Of a DNA stretch of 64,000 nt, positions 52,501-64,000 are shown piece by piece. How positions within the stretch are numbered: the stretch's first letter is position 1; each line of letters opens with the position of its first letter. Under the pieces are notes generated by a model. That model was not told where the DNA came from. It was given only the letters and a program-made list of their open reading frames with translations, and made no database searches. This DNA is from Vicugna vicugna (lineage: Eukaryota), in the NCBI GenBank assembly GCA_013265495.1, contig MU058423.1, positions 4,696,793 to 4,760,792 of the forward strand. Reading direction: 5' to 3'. Made by a program: the position numbers and the translations under genes.

Positions 52501-52914
52501 CTCTAGAGCTGACACTGCCCAGAATCTAGAATGAAAAGAAAAATGACCTTGTTTTCCTTCTCGGTGTGTATGCTTAGGAGAATGGATGTTGCCCTTTGTG
52601 GAGATGACAGTCTTGTGGGGAAGACAAACGTTGAGTATGGGATGATCATGTGAGCTTCACAAAAGGGCAACTGTAGGGAGCATTTTACATTGTGTCGGGC
52701 TCATGTATTGTGAAAGGCATCCTATTTCCTCTTTGTAAGTGCAACAATGTGCATATTTCATGCAGATCTTCCTTCCTGTTCTATGCTGGAAAGACTCACT
52801 AGATCATAGCCACTGTGTATATTGCCTGTTCTCACTGATGTTAATCTATATCTTATTGTTTTAAACCACAATTTCTCTAACTTTCACTGAAGAACAAGAT
52901 GAATTGGGGGCGTT

Positions 52915-53110
52915 ACGTGGATTCACTAAATCTGGTCAAATTTTCAACTTTGCCATTTACCAGCTGCGTGGTCTTGGACAAGTTACTTAAACTTAAAAGC
53001 TGAGGTTTTTTTTTCAGGTGTAAATTTATGTTGGGATTGATAATCACTTCATTCTGCTCTGAGGATTGAGTATGTGAAATACTGTCCATGAAAATTCTTT
53101 TATATAAAAA
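52915..53110 (+). mobile_element. MIR SINE
   Basis: TTTGCCATTTACCAGCTGCGTGGTCTTGGACAAGTTACTTAAAC...TGAGGATTGAG. Confidence 0.7.
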
Positions 53111-54854
53111 CTACAGGTATTAATTGATTTATAGCCAGTTTCAGAATGTTTCAAAGGTGGTGGCAGAACTTGTGTACAGTTCTCAATGTTTTCTCTGCTC
53201 TCTCCTTACTCTTTGTCCATATAAACTTATATTCTACACCTGTCATGGCAGAAAGGACATGGTGAGCATATTTAAACTATAGTCTTAAAAAGAGACAACA
53301 TAACAAAAATAATGGCATTGGGGTAAGCGAGACTGCAAACCCTGAAAACTCTGATGTTTAGCATTAAATAAACATGGAAAATTCATACTGTGTACCTAGG
53401 AGCTCATTAGTGAGGGGAGAAGTGAGTACCCCAAAGTGTCCCTTCGAAGTCCTGGAGGGATCTGATGCGGAGGCAGGACTCCGAGAAACTGGAAGGGAAA
53501 AGCCATTTGGACCAGCTTCACAAGGGGCTGCAGCTCTTGAGCTGGGATCTTCTCTTGCCTAAGCACCTCCTAGTTTGAGTGGTATTTGACCAAATGAACT
53601 GACAAATCAAATGTTTGGTGCAGGGTGGCTGTGATGGAGACAGATGTCCATTGAAACACATGGGACTTCAAATGAAAGTAAGCGGCTACAGAATTAATCC
53701 AATATATCACCACTCTTCCATATGTCAGATTTAAAGATCTGGTCTCTTAGAAACTTAAAGAAGTGAGAGCCTGGCGAATTAGTCCAATGCATCATCACAG
53801 GGTCCCTTGGTATTTATCTGTAAATTCTCGCCTCTGAAGGTACCGGGAACACACTTAGTCATGTGATAGTATTTATGAATTGTGCAAGTTTCCCTTTAGC
53901 TCATTCATTGTAAGTTTTCCATTAAAGATAAGGACATAGGCTTGATCAACAGCAGCGTGAAACTGGAATCGTGTTTCTTCTTCAATGAAAAAAATCAGAA
54001 AAGCTCTGTTATGTTATAAAAATAAATTCCAACCTGGTTAGTTTCTCCTATGCAATTCAGTTTCACATCCATATTGTGTTCTTGGGCTGACAATGAGAGT
54101 TTTACTTTTTGCTTTTTTTGTTTTGGTTTTTGTCTTTGTTTTTGTTTTTGGTGGCTCTGCCCGTCAAGGGAGATCCCTATGGGAGTAGAAAGTATAATGT
54201 CATGTTCGTATCCACACACTTCTGTTTACTTCTCAGGAGGCTGCTATGTATGCATTGCTTTCAATTTTGAACACAGTTTCTCATTAAATAGTTTCTGTTT
54301 TAATCAGCCAGCCAGGAGGCCATAATAGTTAATATTATAAAAGGGTTAAGTCTTCTTTTGATTCACGTTTATTTGAATTTCACAGTTCAAATAAGAGAAA
54401 AACATATCCAACTTTTCTCAGGCTGGAGGCACTGAAGGGATATGAGATGTTACATAGTCATGAGACAGTTGGTCTGAATAATAAGTGGAAACCAAAAAGC
54501 CAACAACATTTCGGCTTGAATTATAGATCATTAGGTACTTATAAAAGAGAATTTTGAGGATGAAGTTGGGCAGGACTCCTGACAATATGTTTATGGGACA
54601 TAATCCCCCTGAAAGTGAGATCGCAAAGCTTCCTTTCCTCATGCATGTAATCTGAAGAACCGTAGTCTGCTTTAATTTAGACCTAAAATTACAAGAGTAA
54701 GCCATGCCTGATGTCGGGAAAGGCAACTGTTTCCACTAATGCAGGAAAACCACTCAGCTTGACAGTTTTGCAAACGTGCATTTGGAAGCAGAGGTTATTA
54801 GTCCTCTTGATACTAGATGACAGCATAACCGCTCAGACTAGTGTCCACTGCAGT

Positions 54855-54876
54855 ATGTGTGTGTGTGTGTGTGTGT
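54855..54876. repeat. (TG)n microsatellite
   Basis: Directly visible. Confidence 0.9.
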
Positions 54877-57800
54877 ATTAGTCCCCAAACTTCTGAGTGT
54901 CCTGGTTGTTGGGTGACAGGGCTGTACTTTGTGGTGTCAAGGGGCAGTGGTGCCTGTCACAGAGAACAGCGGGCGGCCACGCAGTGGCTGAATGGCCACT
55001 TTAACTTTTCACAGCTGTTTGAGTTAGCAGTTGAACTGCAGCACGAAAGGAACACCAGGCTTATGCTCATTAATTTAACAGATCTGAAGGGTATATTGAG
55101 GTGAATTACTAGCCCTATGAAAAATGGCCTAATGGCTTCTGGAATTACCTTTCAAAGGGTAGGAGTTCAGTGGCCTGAGGGAGTGAGGGGAAACCACATT
55201 GGTTTTGGTGGTGAGAGATACTTGCCAAGAGGGCAAGGAGAGTGGAGAAGGATTCATGTTGATGCCTCATCTCGGCCTCAGAGTTCTATCACTCAGGTGG
55301 CAATCGCAGGGGGAGGAAAGAGAACTTTCAGATTTTCTGTGGAGGTAACGTAAGGTAAATGGTACTTTAACAAGGGCCATTTGGAATTGGATGAGATTAT
55401 ATAAACCCATGAGAATTTTTGTTGGTTTTACTTTACTTTTGGACAGCTGTCCAATTCCTATTTTAAATGCTTAAGAAATATGTCCTATGCCTCAAAATAT
55501 CATGGTTTTAATTAATAGCTCAGCACACATTAGAAATAAGGACACTATTTTTTTGCCTGTTAATTAGTGACTTTTTATTAGGAAATAGGGATTCCATATT
55601 ATCTTTAATACATATTTAGGTTGGCTAGAATATGTTAGGGAATAAATTAACATCTGAGCCCTGATTACCTGTGAAACAATGTTATACGGTTTAATATATG
55701 CACTCATTAAATAACAGGTTTTGTTAATTTAAGTTTTTATTTGATAAAAATACCAATAGAGTTTCCTTAATTTGTAGTCTGCTTCAAACTTTCTTAAACT
55801 TTTCCTGTTTTTTTTTATTTTTTAACATAATGGGCCACTGGTGTTTCCTAATTCAGAAGCAGTCAATTTTTTCAGTATGGTCTTGAATGCTGTGTCTCCT
55901 TCAATTTCTCTTGAGAGTGGAAAGGACTTTTTCTTTTCTTTTGCAAAATGTTTAGAGGTCTGACAATATCTCTGAATCTTGCATTGAAGTGCATGATGTC
56001 CCATAGATGGCAGAAAGAAAATTATCTTAGGATTTATGAGTTTATTTCTTTTCTCTGCCAAGTACCTACTCTTTCTTTGAAAATCACTTGATTGTCATCT
56101 GCAAAGTGGGCTATAGTCCCTTCCTGCTGCAATATTTTTACCATCTGAGTAGATAGTGTAACAACAGATCAGGAACCAAGAGACTGAATTCTTCCTTAAG
56201 TTTTCATCAAAAATCTACTATGTGGCAGTACTTTGGAAGTTAGTCAGTGTTGCAACAGAAATGGAAGGTACTGTTTTATACCCCAAAACACAATTCAAGG
56301 CTGGCATTTAATTAAGCGCTGTTAGTGGTTCAGACTATAGATACTATGGGATCTCAGAGAACAGAAAGACTGAGAATATACAAGGCCAGAATCATTTCCT
56401 TGAAATTAGTAGCCACTGTAATTATTTACAACTTTTCCAAATTCCAAATTCCAAACGAAGGTCACAAGATGAGAAGGCCAAACACGTGGAAACAGGAGAC
56501 CAAATGGTAGGGTTGCTCTGATCCAGCTGTGATACTGAAGGTGCCATTTTTACTTGTTCTGTATTATTGCCTCTGAATTCTTTTATAAGCAGAACCCAAA
56601 AGTCACCTGACACACCATCAGGCGATTACTACTTCTCTCTGCGTGCAAGTCGGTGGCTGATAAAGTACATATCATTGCAGTTCAGCAATGTGCTGTTCTT
56701 TTTCCTATTATACCCAGGGTGCTTCCTTGGTGATATGCAAGGTTTGGCAGAGGTAGAAAAATAACGTTAGTAGGAGTAACCACACAGTTGCCTACTGTGA
56801 AGAAGAGTGAGCTCTATTTACAGCACAGCATCTGATGTGGCTTTAAGAGAATTACATCAACTAAAAATTACACATAATAGGCTTGGCAAAAACATAAGCT
56901 GGTCAGGCCTGATTATATTAGATAAGTTATGTTGCTGAAGTATCACTTAGACTCATAACAGGTGTCCACAGGGCAGTAATCCTCACAGAGCCTCAACTGC
57001 TTCTTAAATGCTAAGACTTTGAGCTACAGATACACTCTGGTTCCATGACAAAAGGTGTTATTAACTAAGATCTAGCTAAGTCTCCTGATCTAAGATAAGG
57101 CGAGCCTAACTGGAAGTCCCGTAGTGAATTGATCTTCTCACTTAAATATTTTCACAGTAAATTATGGAGGAATATTTAGACTGTAGATACAGATCAAGCC
57201 AGAGAAAAATTGAAAAATAATATCTTGAGCCAGAAAATCAGACATAAGAAAAAAACTCATTGATAATGAAGAATTAGTGTATAACTTAATTGATATTATT
57301 TGGGTTAAATTGGCCATTGTTTTTCCAAAATAATGTGTTTACAGCTTAATGTAATTGCTTTTAAAGAACCGGTTTGTGTGTGTGAATATGTACATGAGCC
57401 TTAGTTCTAGCAGATAAAGTCTAAGAGGAAATCACTTGTTTGCTTGTCTTTTTCTCTGTATATACAAGTTTCACAAAGGCAGGGAATGTTACCTATTCCT
57501 ATTTCTACTACAAGTACCTAGCTTAATTTCTGGCCCATAATATATGCTCAGGAAATGCTGAGTGATGGTGCTAAACAAAAATATTTTCAATTATGGGATT
57601 TCTCAACAACAACATTCAGAAAAACAAAACAAAACAAAAATTAGTTGAGACTAGAAGTTTTTAAGGCATTTGGTTGTCTACATACAATAGGGCCAGCTAG
57701 CCCCATTTTTACTTAAACAAGAAATGAAAGATAAAATAGCCATGTCATAGGGTTAATATGTAATTCTTTTGTTTTCATTATGCAGCAGTAAGCAGTTTTT

Positions 57801-58569
57801 GAAAAACCCATTCAAGTACAATCTAGGCTTCATTTTGGATTAATTATTTGAGCAACTTCTGCCACCTTTACATTTATTTAGACTCTACTCTATAAATATA
57901 TATGTATTTTTATATATATACTCCAGGAAATCGTTTTGCAATGTGTCAAAACTTTCTAAACTTGAGAGGTCAGCAATAATAAAAATAAATTTGCAACTAT
58001 TGAGGAGAATTCTCTTATAATAAAAAATATGGAAGTTGATGTTATTATGTATGAGGAGTGTTCAACATAATTATTGAAATGGATGAAGAATTTATTAAAT
58101 TTTTGCTGAATGTTTTGTTTGAAGAGCTCAGTGATATTTTAGTATTGTCAGGAAAATGTTCTAACCTATTAGACCACAATTCAACTCAATGACAAAAGTA
58201 CATATGGATCTCCAAATTGGGACAGTGAATTTTCATTTTCAGATTCCAATAATCAGTATATATAAACTTCCCAGATATAATATGGAACATCTAAAAGGTA
58301 AATGTATTTTGGGGGAGTGGGAATATATCATTTCTACTTAAAAATTCTGTTGTTTAGTGAAAGACTTGAATCTTTTAAAAGGTATTTGTATACCCATGAA
58401 GGCAGCCTTGCCTGTTATGTAGGTGTATTATAGACATTTTAGACAAGAAATATGTAGAGAGAATATATTGCACAAGTTCACACAACTAGTTAAATGACAA
58501 GACAAGATTTGAGCCATGGCATCTGGCTTAGAGCCAGAATACATTTTCCTTATTAAAATAGATAAAACA

Positions 58570-58990
58570 TTAATTAAATTAAAAAAATTTTTAAAACCCT
58601 CTTACGTTCAGTTTGATGACAAATACCCCAATCCTAGTCTACCTCTCCTAAATTCTCCTCAGAGGTAACAGCTTCTCAATTTGGTATATATTCACCCAGA
58701 TCTTTTGCTGTGCATTTACATATATGCATATGTACTCTTAGGGAATACAGAGTATCATGTATTTTATAGTTTTAATATGTAAGTGATGTAACACTGTTTT
58801 GTCATTTTGGAACAATTTTTAACTCAACCATATGTCTTAGAGACACTGCCATGTTAACATATTTAGTTCTACCTCTTCCTTCTAAAATGCTACATAGCAT
58901 CCTGCAGTATGACCATGCATCTTTCTTTATTTTAGTTATTTCCTAATGCACAGTAAGATTATTTTCATTTGGGGAAGGAAGTATGCTTAT
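58570..58990 (-). mobile_element. Ancient L1 (L1ME-like) 3'UTR fragment
   Basis: CAGAGGTAAC...TTTGGTATATATTC...TGTCTTAGAGAC...CCATGTT...TACATAGCATCC pattern. Confidence 0.6.
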
Positions 58991-59944
58991 GTAATGACTT
59001 GATTTCTATTATATTTCTCTGCAATATTAGAGAGCCACCACAAAAAATTTGAGTCACAGCTATATTTGAGCTAGAAAGCTGTTCTTGTGGAAAAAAACTC
59101 AGGGCAAGCCATTAGAACTGGGTTTTTTGTTGTGAAGTACTATATTTATAACTCTCTGCCTCTCAATATTCTTATCTGTCATTGGGCACTGTTGTCATTA
59201 CCTGCTCTGCTATATGTATATATCTACAGTTTTGTTTTCAAAGGTGTGAAATATTTTATAAATAACAGGTGATATTCTTATTACAGTAATTCAACTTATC
59301 ATGTATTTATTGAATATTTGCTATGAGAGAGATCCTGATGTAGTTTGCTAGAAAGTAAAATAAATATTTCATTTAAGAGAATGTGATATAGTAAAAGTAA
59401 AAGGCACAAATACAAAAATTCTGAAAAAAGGAGGATGTGATCTGAGTTGTAGAAAAGATACAAAGTTCAACAGAATGGTAGGAGAGGAAGAGGACACCAG
59501 CTAAAGGGGCTGTCAAATGCTTCTTGAGAGAGATAAAGTACATAGTAAAAATTTGAGAGACATATCAGTTAGAGTACAAGAGGAAGAGAGGGACAGATTG
59601 TTCCAAATTCCCTCTTGTGTAAATGGAACTTGGATGCTTTGTTCAGGCTGGTGTTCTAGAGCTAGTGAGTCTTTCAGGGATGAGACTCTTTCAAGAGCAT
59701 GAGTAAGGCATCTAAAAGCCCTTGTTTAGTGTCAGAATTGTATTGGAAAATCAAGCATACAGTCATAAAAAATGTCAGTCTAAGAAATCTACAGGTAAGC
59801 AAAATCCAGCTCTGACGCAGAGCTCCAGCAAATGTGAGGCATGTCAGAATGCACAATGCAGGAGTTCTGGAGGATGGCTGAGAGCCAGTGCCTGGGGAGA
59901 CCAGATTTCAGAATCAAGTGTCTCTTTATAGGGTATTTACCTCC

Positions 59945-62753
59945 CAATTGAAAAAACAAGAGATAATCCCTGAAAAAATAAATAATGAAACAGAGATAAT
60001 CATTCTACCAGGCAATGAATTATAAAAGTTGTTAATAAAAATGTTAACTGAATTAAGAAAGAAAATCAATCTAAGCATGGATCATTTTAACAAGGACCCA
60101 GAAATTATAAAGAAGATCCAATAAAAAATAGACAGTTTAATTTCTGAGATAAAAAGCACTCTAGAAGCAATGAAGAGCAGACTAGATGACAAAGAAGAAT
60201 GCATAAGTGATCTTGAAGCTAGAATAATGGAAATCACCCAATCAGAACAGCAGAAACAAAGACAAATGAAAAAAATTAAAAACAACATATGAGATCTCTA
60301 GGATATGTTTAATGTACCAACATTCACTTTATAGGAATTCCAGAAGAAGAAGAAAGAGAGGAGATCAAAATTGTATTTGAAGAAATTATGACAGAAAACT
60401 TCCCAAACTTAAAGAAGGAACAGATATCTAGGTACAGGAAATACAGTCCCAAACAAGATGAACTCAAACAGACCCACACCAAGACATATCATAATTAAAA
60501 TGGCAAAAGTAAAGATAAAGAGAGAATTCTAAAGGCAGCAAGAGAAAAAAAGAAAAGAAAAGACTCATATACAAGGGAATCCTCATAAGGCTATCAGCTG
60601 ATTTCTCTGCAGAAAGTTTGCAGGCTAGAAGGAAGTGGCATGATATAGTCAAAATCCTTAAAGGGAAAAATATGTAGACTAGGATAGTAGGATAGTCTTC
60701 CCAGAAAGATGATCATTTGGAATAGAAAGAGAGATAATTTATCAGACAAGCGAAGGCTAAAAAAATGCAAGAATACTAAACCTACCCTAAAAGATATGTT
60801 GAAGGGTCTTCTCTAAATGCAAAAGAAGTAAGAATTTATAGGAATGGGAAAACCCTAATAGGAAAGGCAAACATATAAATATTGAAGATCATTTAAGTAA
60901 GCTAGGATGTAGATTAAAAATTAAAAATTATAAAAGCATCTGTAACTACAATAAACAATAAAGGGATAAGTTTGAAGATGCAAAATATGACATCAAAAAC
61001 ACAAAGTGTGGGGAGTAGAGTAAAAAGTGTAGATCTTTCAGAATGTGTTTGAACTTAAATTATCATTATATCTATAATGATATAAAAACACAAGTAGATA
61101 TAATTATGGATCAACATGTATGAGCCTCATGGTTAACTACAAGTCAAAAATCTATAATAGATACATGAAAACTGAAAAGAAAGGAACTCAAGCATACTGC
61201 AAAAGAAAAGCATCAAGCCACAATGGGAGAAATAAAAAGAAGGAAAGATGAACAAAGAAGAGCTATAAAAACAACTGGAAAACATGGGATAAAATGGCAA
61301 TAAGTACATACTTATCAATAATTACTTTAAATGTCAATGGACTAAAGACTCTGATCAAAAATATAAGGTGGCTAACTGAATTAATAAAAAATAAGACCTT
61401 TCAATATGCTGCCTACAAGAGACTCACTTTCGCTCTAACTGAAAGTTAGAGGATGGAAAAAGATATTTCTTGCAAATGGAAACAACAAGAAAGGGAGGAT
61501 AGCAATACTCATATTGGACAAAGTAGACTTTATTTTAATTTTGTTTGGTTTTTTTTTTTTGAGTAAAGGTAGATTTATTTAGAGAGATACATACTGCATA
61601 GAGTGTGAGCTGTTTCAAAAGATTTATTTAGAGAGATGCCTACTGCATAGAGTGTAGGTCACGAGGTGTGAGGGTTGGGTGCTCAGGTTAAAGTAAAAAC
61701 GGGTACACACCCCAAAGACAGAGTGCGGGCCGCCTCCGAAGAGGAGGGAGCTAGAGAGGCCACCATGAGGCATGGTGTTGCCAGTTTGTGTGGGCTTGGT
61801 AGCATCATATTCTAACAAGTGGGAGGACCATTGCAACTACCCTGGGGAAGGGGCTGGGAGTCCCAGGAATTGGGCCACCATTCTGACCATTTGTGATTAG
61901 CCTTGGACTGTCATGGTGCCTGTGGGCATGTTCTTTATCATGCTAATATGTTACAATGAGCATACAGGACAAAATAGACTTTAAAATAAAGGATATAATG
62001 AAAGACCAAAAAAAGCATTATGTAATGATAAAGGGATCGATATATGAAAAGAACATTATACCATTAACATATACACACCCAAAACAGGAGCACCTAAATA
62101 CATAAAGCAAATAGCAACAAACATAAAGGGAGACATTGATAGCAAGAAACATAAAGGGAGTAATAGTAGGAGACTTTAACACCCACTGACATCAATGGAC
62201 AGATGATCCAGACAGAAAATCAGTAAGACAACAGAGGTCTCAAGTGATGCAGTGGACCAGTTGGTCTTAATTGATATCTACAGGACGTTACATTCAAGAA
62301 AAGCAGAATACACATTCTTTTCAAGTGCACATGGAATGTTCTCCAAGATAGATCACATAGTAGGTCACAAAAGAAGCTTCAACAAGTTTAAGACGATAGA
62401 AATTATATCAAGTATCTCTTTGGACACAGCAGTATGAAACTAGAAATCAACCACAGAAAGGAAAACAGGAAAAGAACAAACACTTGGAAACTAAACAACA
62501 TGCTATTAAAAATGATGAAATCAATGGTGAAATAAAAGAAGAAACCAGAAAATAACTTGAGACAAATGAAAATGAAAACACCACTTTCAAATCTATGGGA
62601 TGCAGCAAAAGCAGTTCTAAGAAAGAAGTCAATAGTGATAAAGGGTTTCTTCAAGAAACAAGAAAAATCTCTAATAAACAACCTAACCTACCACCTAAAA
62701 GAATTCGAAAAAGAAGAACATGGCCCAAAGTCAGCAGAAGGAAGGAAATAACA
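59945..62753 (+). mobile_element. L1 fragment: decayed ORF1 (stop 60814-60816), spacer, ORF2 endonuclease region (ATG 61294), interrupted at 61532-61966
   Basis: ORF1-like translation (EIKSTLEAMKSRLDDKEECISDLEARIMEITQSEQQK; IRLSADFSAESLQARRKW); ORF2 start MAISTYLSIITLNVNGL; endonuclease motifs GDFNTPL and YTFFSSAHGMFSKIDH (ORF 62252..62437); multiple stops. Confidence 0.92.
61532..61966 (-). mobile_element. Polyadenylated MER41-like ERV1 LTR fragment retroposed with a 16-bp TSD
   Basis: T-rich tail 61533-61560; TTTATT (AATAAA on minus strand) at 61574-61579; TSD GGACAAAGTAGACTTT (61516-61531) / GGACAAAATAGACTTT (61967-61982); body (GGACTGTCATGGTGCCTGTGGG...ATGCTAAT...AATGAGCA) resembles recalled MER41-family LTRs. 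Confidence 0.8.
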
Positions 62754-62759
62754 ACCATA

Positions 62760-62935
62760 GTGCAACTACTATTTAGTTAGCTATGCGCGAAGCACTGAGC
62801 CTACACACACACACGTGTATTTATAATCTATTCCTCACAAAAAAATTATTACATCCATTTTACACATAAGGAAGAAGGAAACTGAGACTCAGAGAAATCA
62901 TGATCAAAATCCTTGGTCCATGTTCTTAACCATGG
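62760..62935 (-). mobile_element. MIR fragment
   Basis: CCTCACAA...TCCATTTTACAC...GGAAACTGAGACTCAGAGA...TGTTCTTAACCA. Confidence 0.7.
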
Positions 62936-64000
62936 TTTAATTTAGACCTTCTGATGCCATGAGTGATTGTTGAACATCTATCCAGGAAGGCAGTAAACTT
63001 TTGTGAAATGTTTTTATGTTTAATTATTTAAATGTAGATATTTATTTTAAGACTTTGATATAATAGCTTATTCATGTATGTGCATGCAATATACATGCAT
63101 AATGAAACTTTTATATCTATGCATATTCTTACATGTCAATGTGTTTTCCAAGTACTATAGCCATTGTTTCAGGAATATGATAAAATATAAGTTTTATAAT
63201 CAATGAAGTACTAAAAGGAGGCTGACTGACAATCTTTCCAATTTATTGTTTCCTTGATGCGTGAAACACTGTGTCAGCTTTTTCAAAGAAAGGAAAAACA
63301 AGCCAACACAATAATGTAGTTTCTTAAATTCCCTTCCGTCTTTGAAAATGAAAGTCCAGTTCCAGATAATGAAGTTGAGCGTGGTGAGATTTAAATTCTA
63401 TCCAAATGAGTTACATTAGCTCACAGTTATTTATTCTAATAAGGGAGAGGAATCCTTGGATAATTGAAATCCATAGATGATTGAAAAACTGCATTTAGCA
63501 TATTTCTCAAGCTCAACCCTACCAAATTTTTTATTGGCATTATAATCAAGTTAAAAAAATTTCTCACTTAAATTTCACTTTCTTTCTCTTTTCTTCTCAC
63601 TTCAATGGGGAGGTAAATGCCTTAGTTAGCAAAGAGCAGAAGGCAAAATTTACCTGTGTTTTATCTAGGGGCAGGCTAGAGACTGGATACCTGAAACATT
63701 TCTAGCATGTAAAACAATGATTAAATCAAAAGCTCTTAAATATAATTAGTGGGGTAGTTTTGAGCACTTTATAAAAAAAAGAGACATTGACATTTGGCTG
63801 ATTATGTATTATTAGAATCTAAGCTTTATAATACTTCAAAATGGAAAAATAATTTTTACACAAGTCTTATATGTATTTTTAACCAGGCAAAATGGTCCTG
63901 TAAATAGAAAAGCATATATATAACCTGTCACTGATTATTCAGTAAGTTTCTTAACATACCAACATCTCAATGTGGGCATTAGAAGGTAATGAAACCTTTG

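Noticed and set aside
62252..62780. ORFs with endonuclease-like motifs
   Set aside because: Fragments of a dead L1 ORF2 with stops, frameshifts and an insertion; not a functional CDS.
1..64000. Naming a host gene for the window
   Set aside because: No candidate exon translates to a protein I recognise; identification needs synteny or transcript alignment.

Overview
Repeat-rich mammalian intronic/intergenic DNA, very probably camelid: three copies of the tRNA-derived vic-1-type SINE are present. No intact protein-coding gene is recognisable, and the supplied ORFs are chance ORFs or repeat remnants. Main contents: (1) an intronless, decayed NDE1 processed pseudogene (KMLL-ending isoform) on the minus strand at ~2415-3400; (2) a typical eutherian transposon record (Tigger1 derivative, MER46C, MER5A, MIRs, L2, old and young L1, MER34-, MER67-, LTR33-, MLT1- and MLT2-like LTRs), several of them nested; (3) a MER41-like ERV LTR RNA fragment at 61532-61966 with a poly(A) tail and 16-bp target-site duplication, apparently retroposed by L1 machinery into an L1 ORF2; (4) CpG-retaining promoter-like patches and a few candidate small + strand exons of an unidentified transcript. 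All family names come from recalled consensus similarity, not from searches; most repeat boundaries are approximate.
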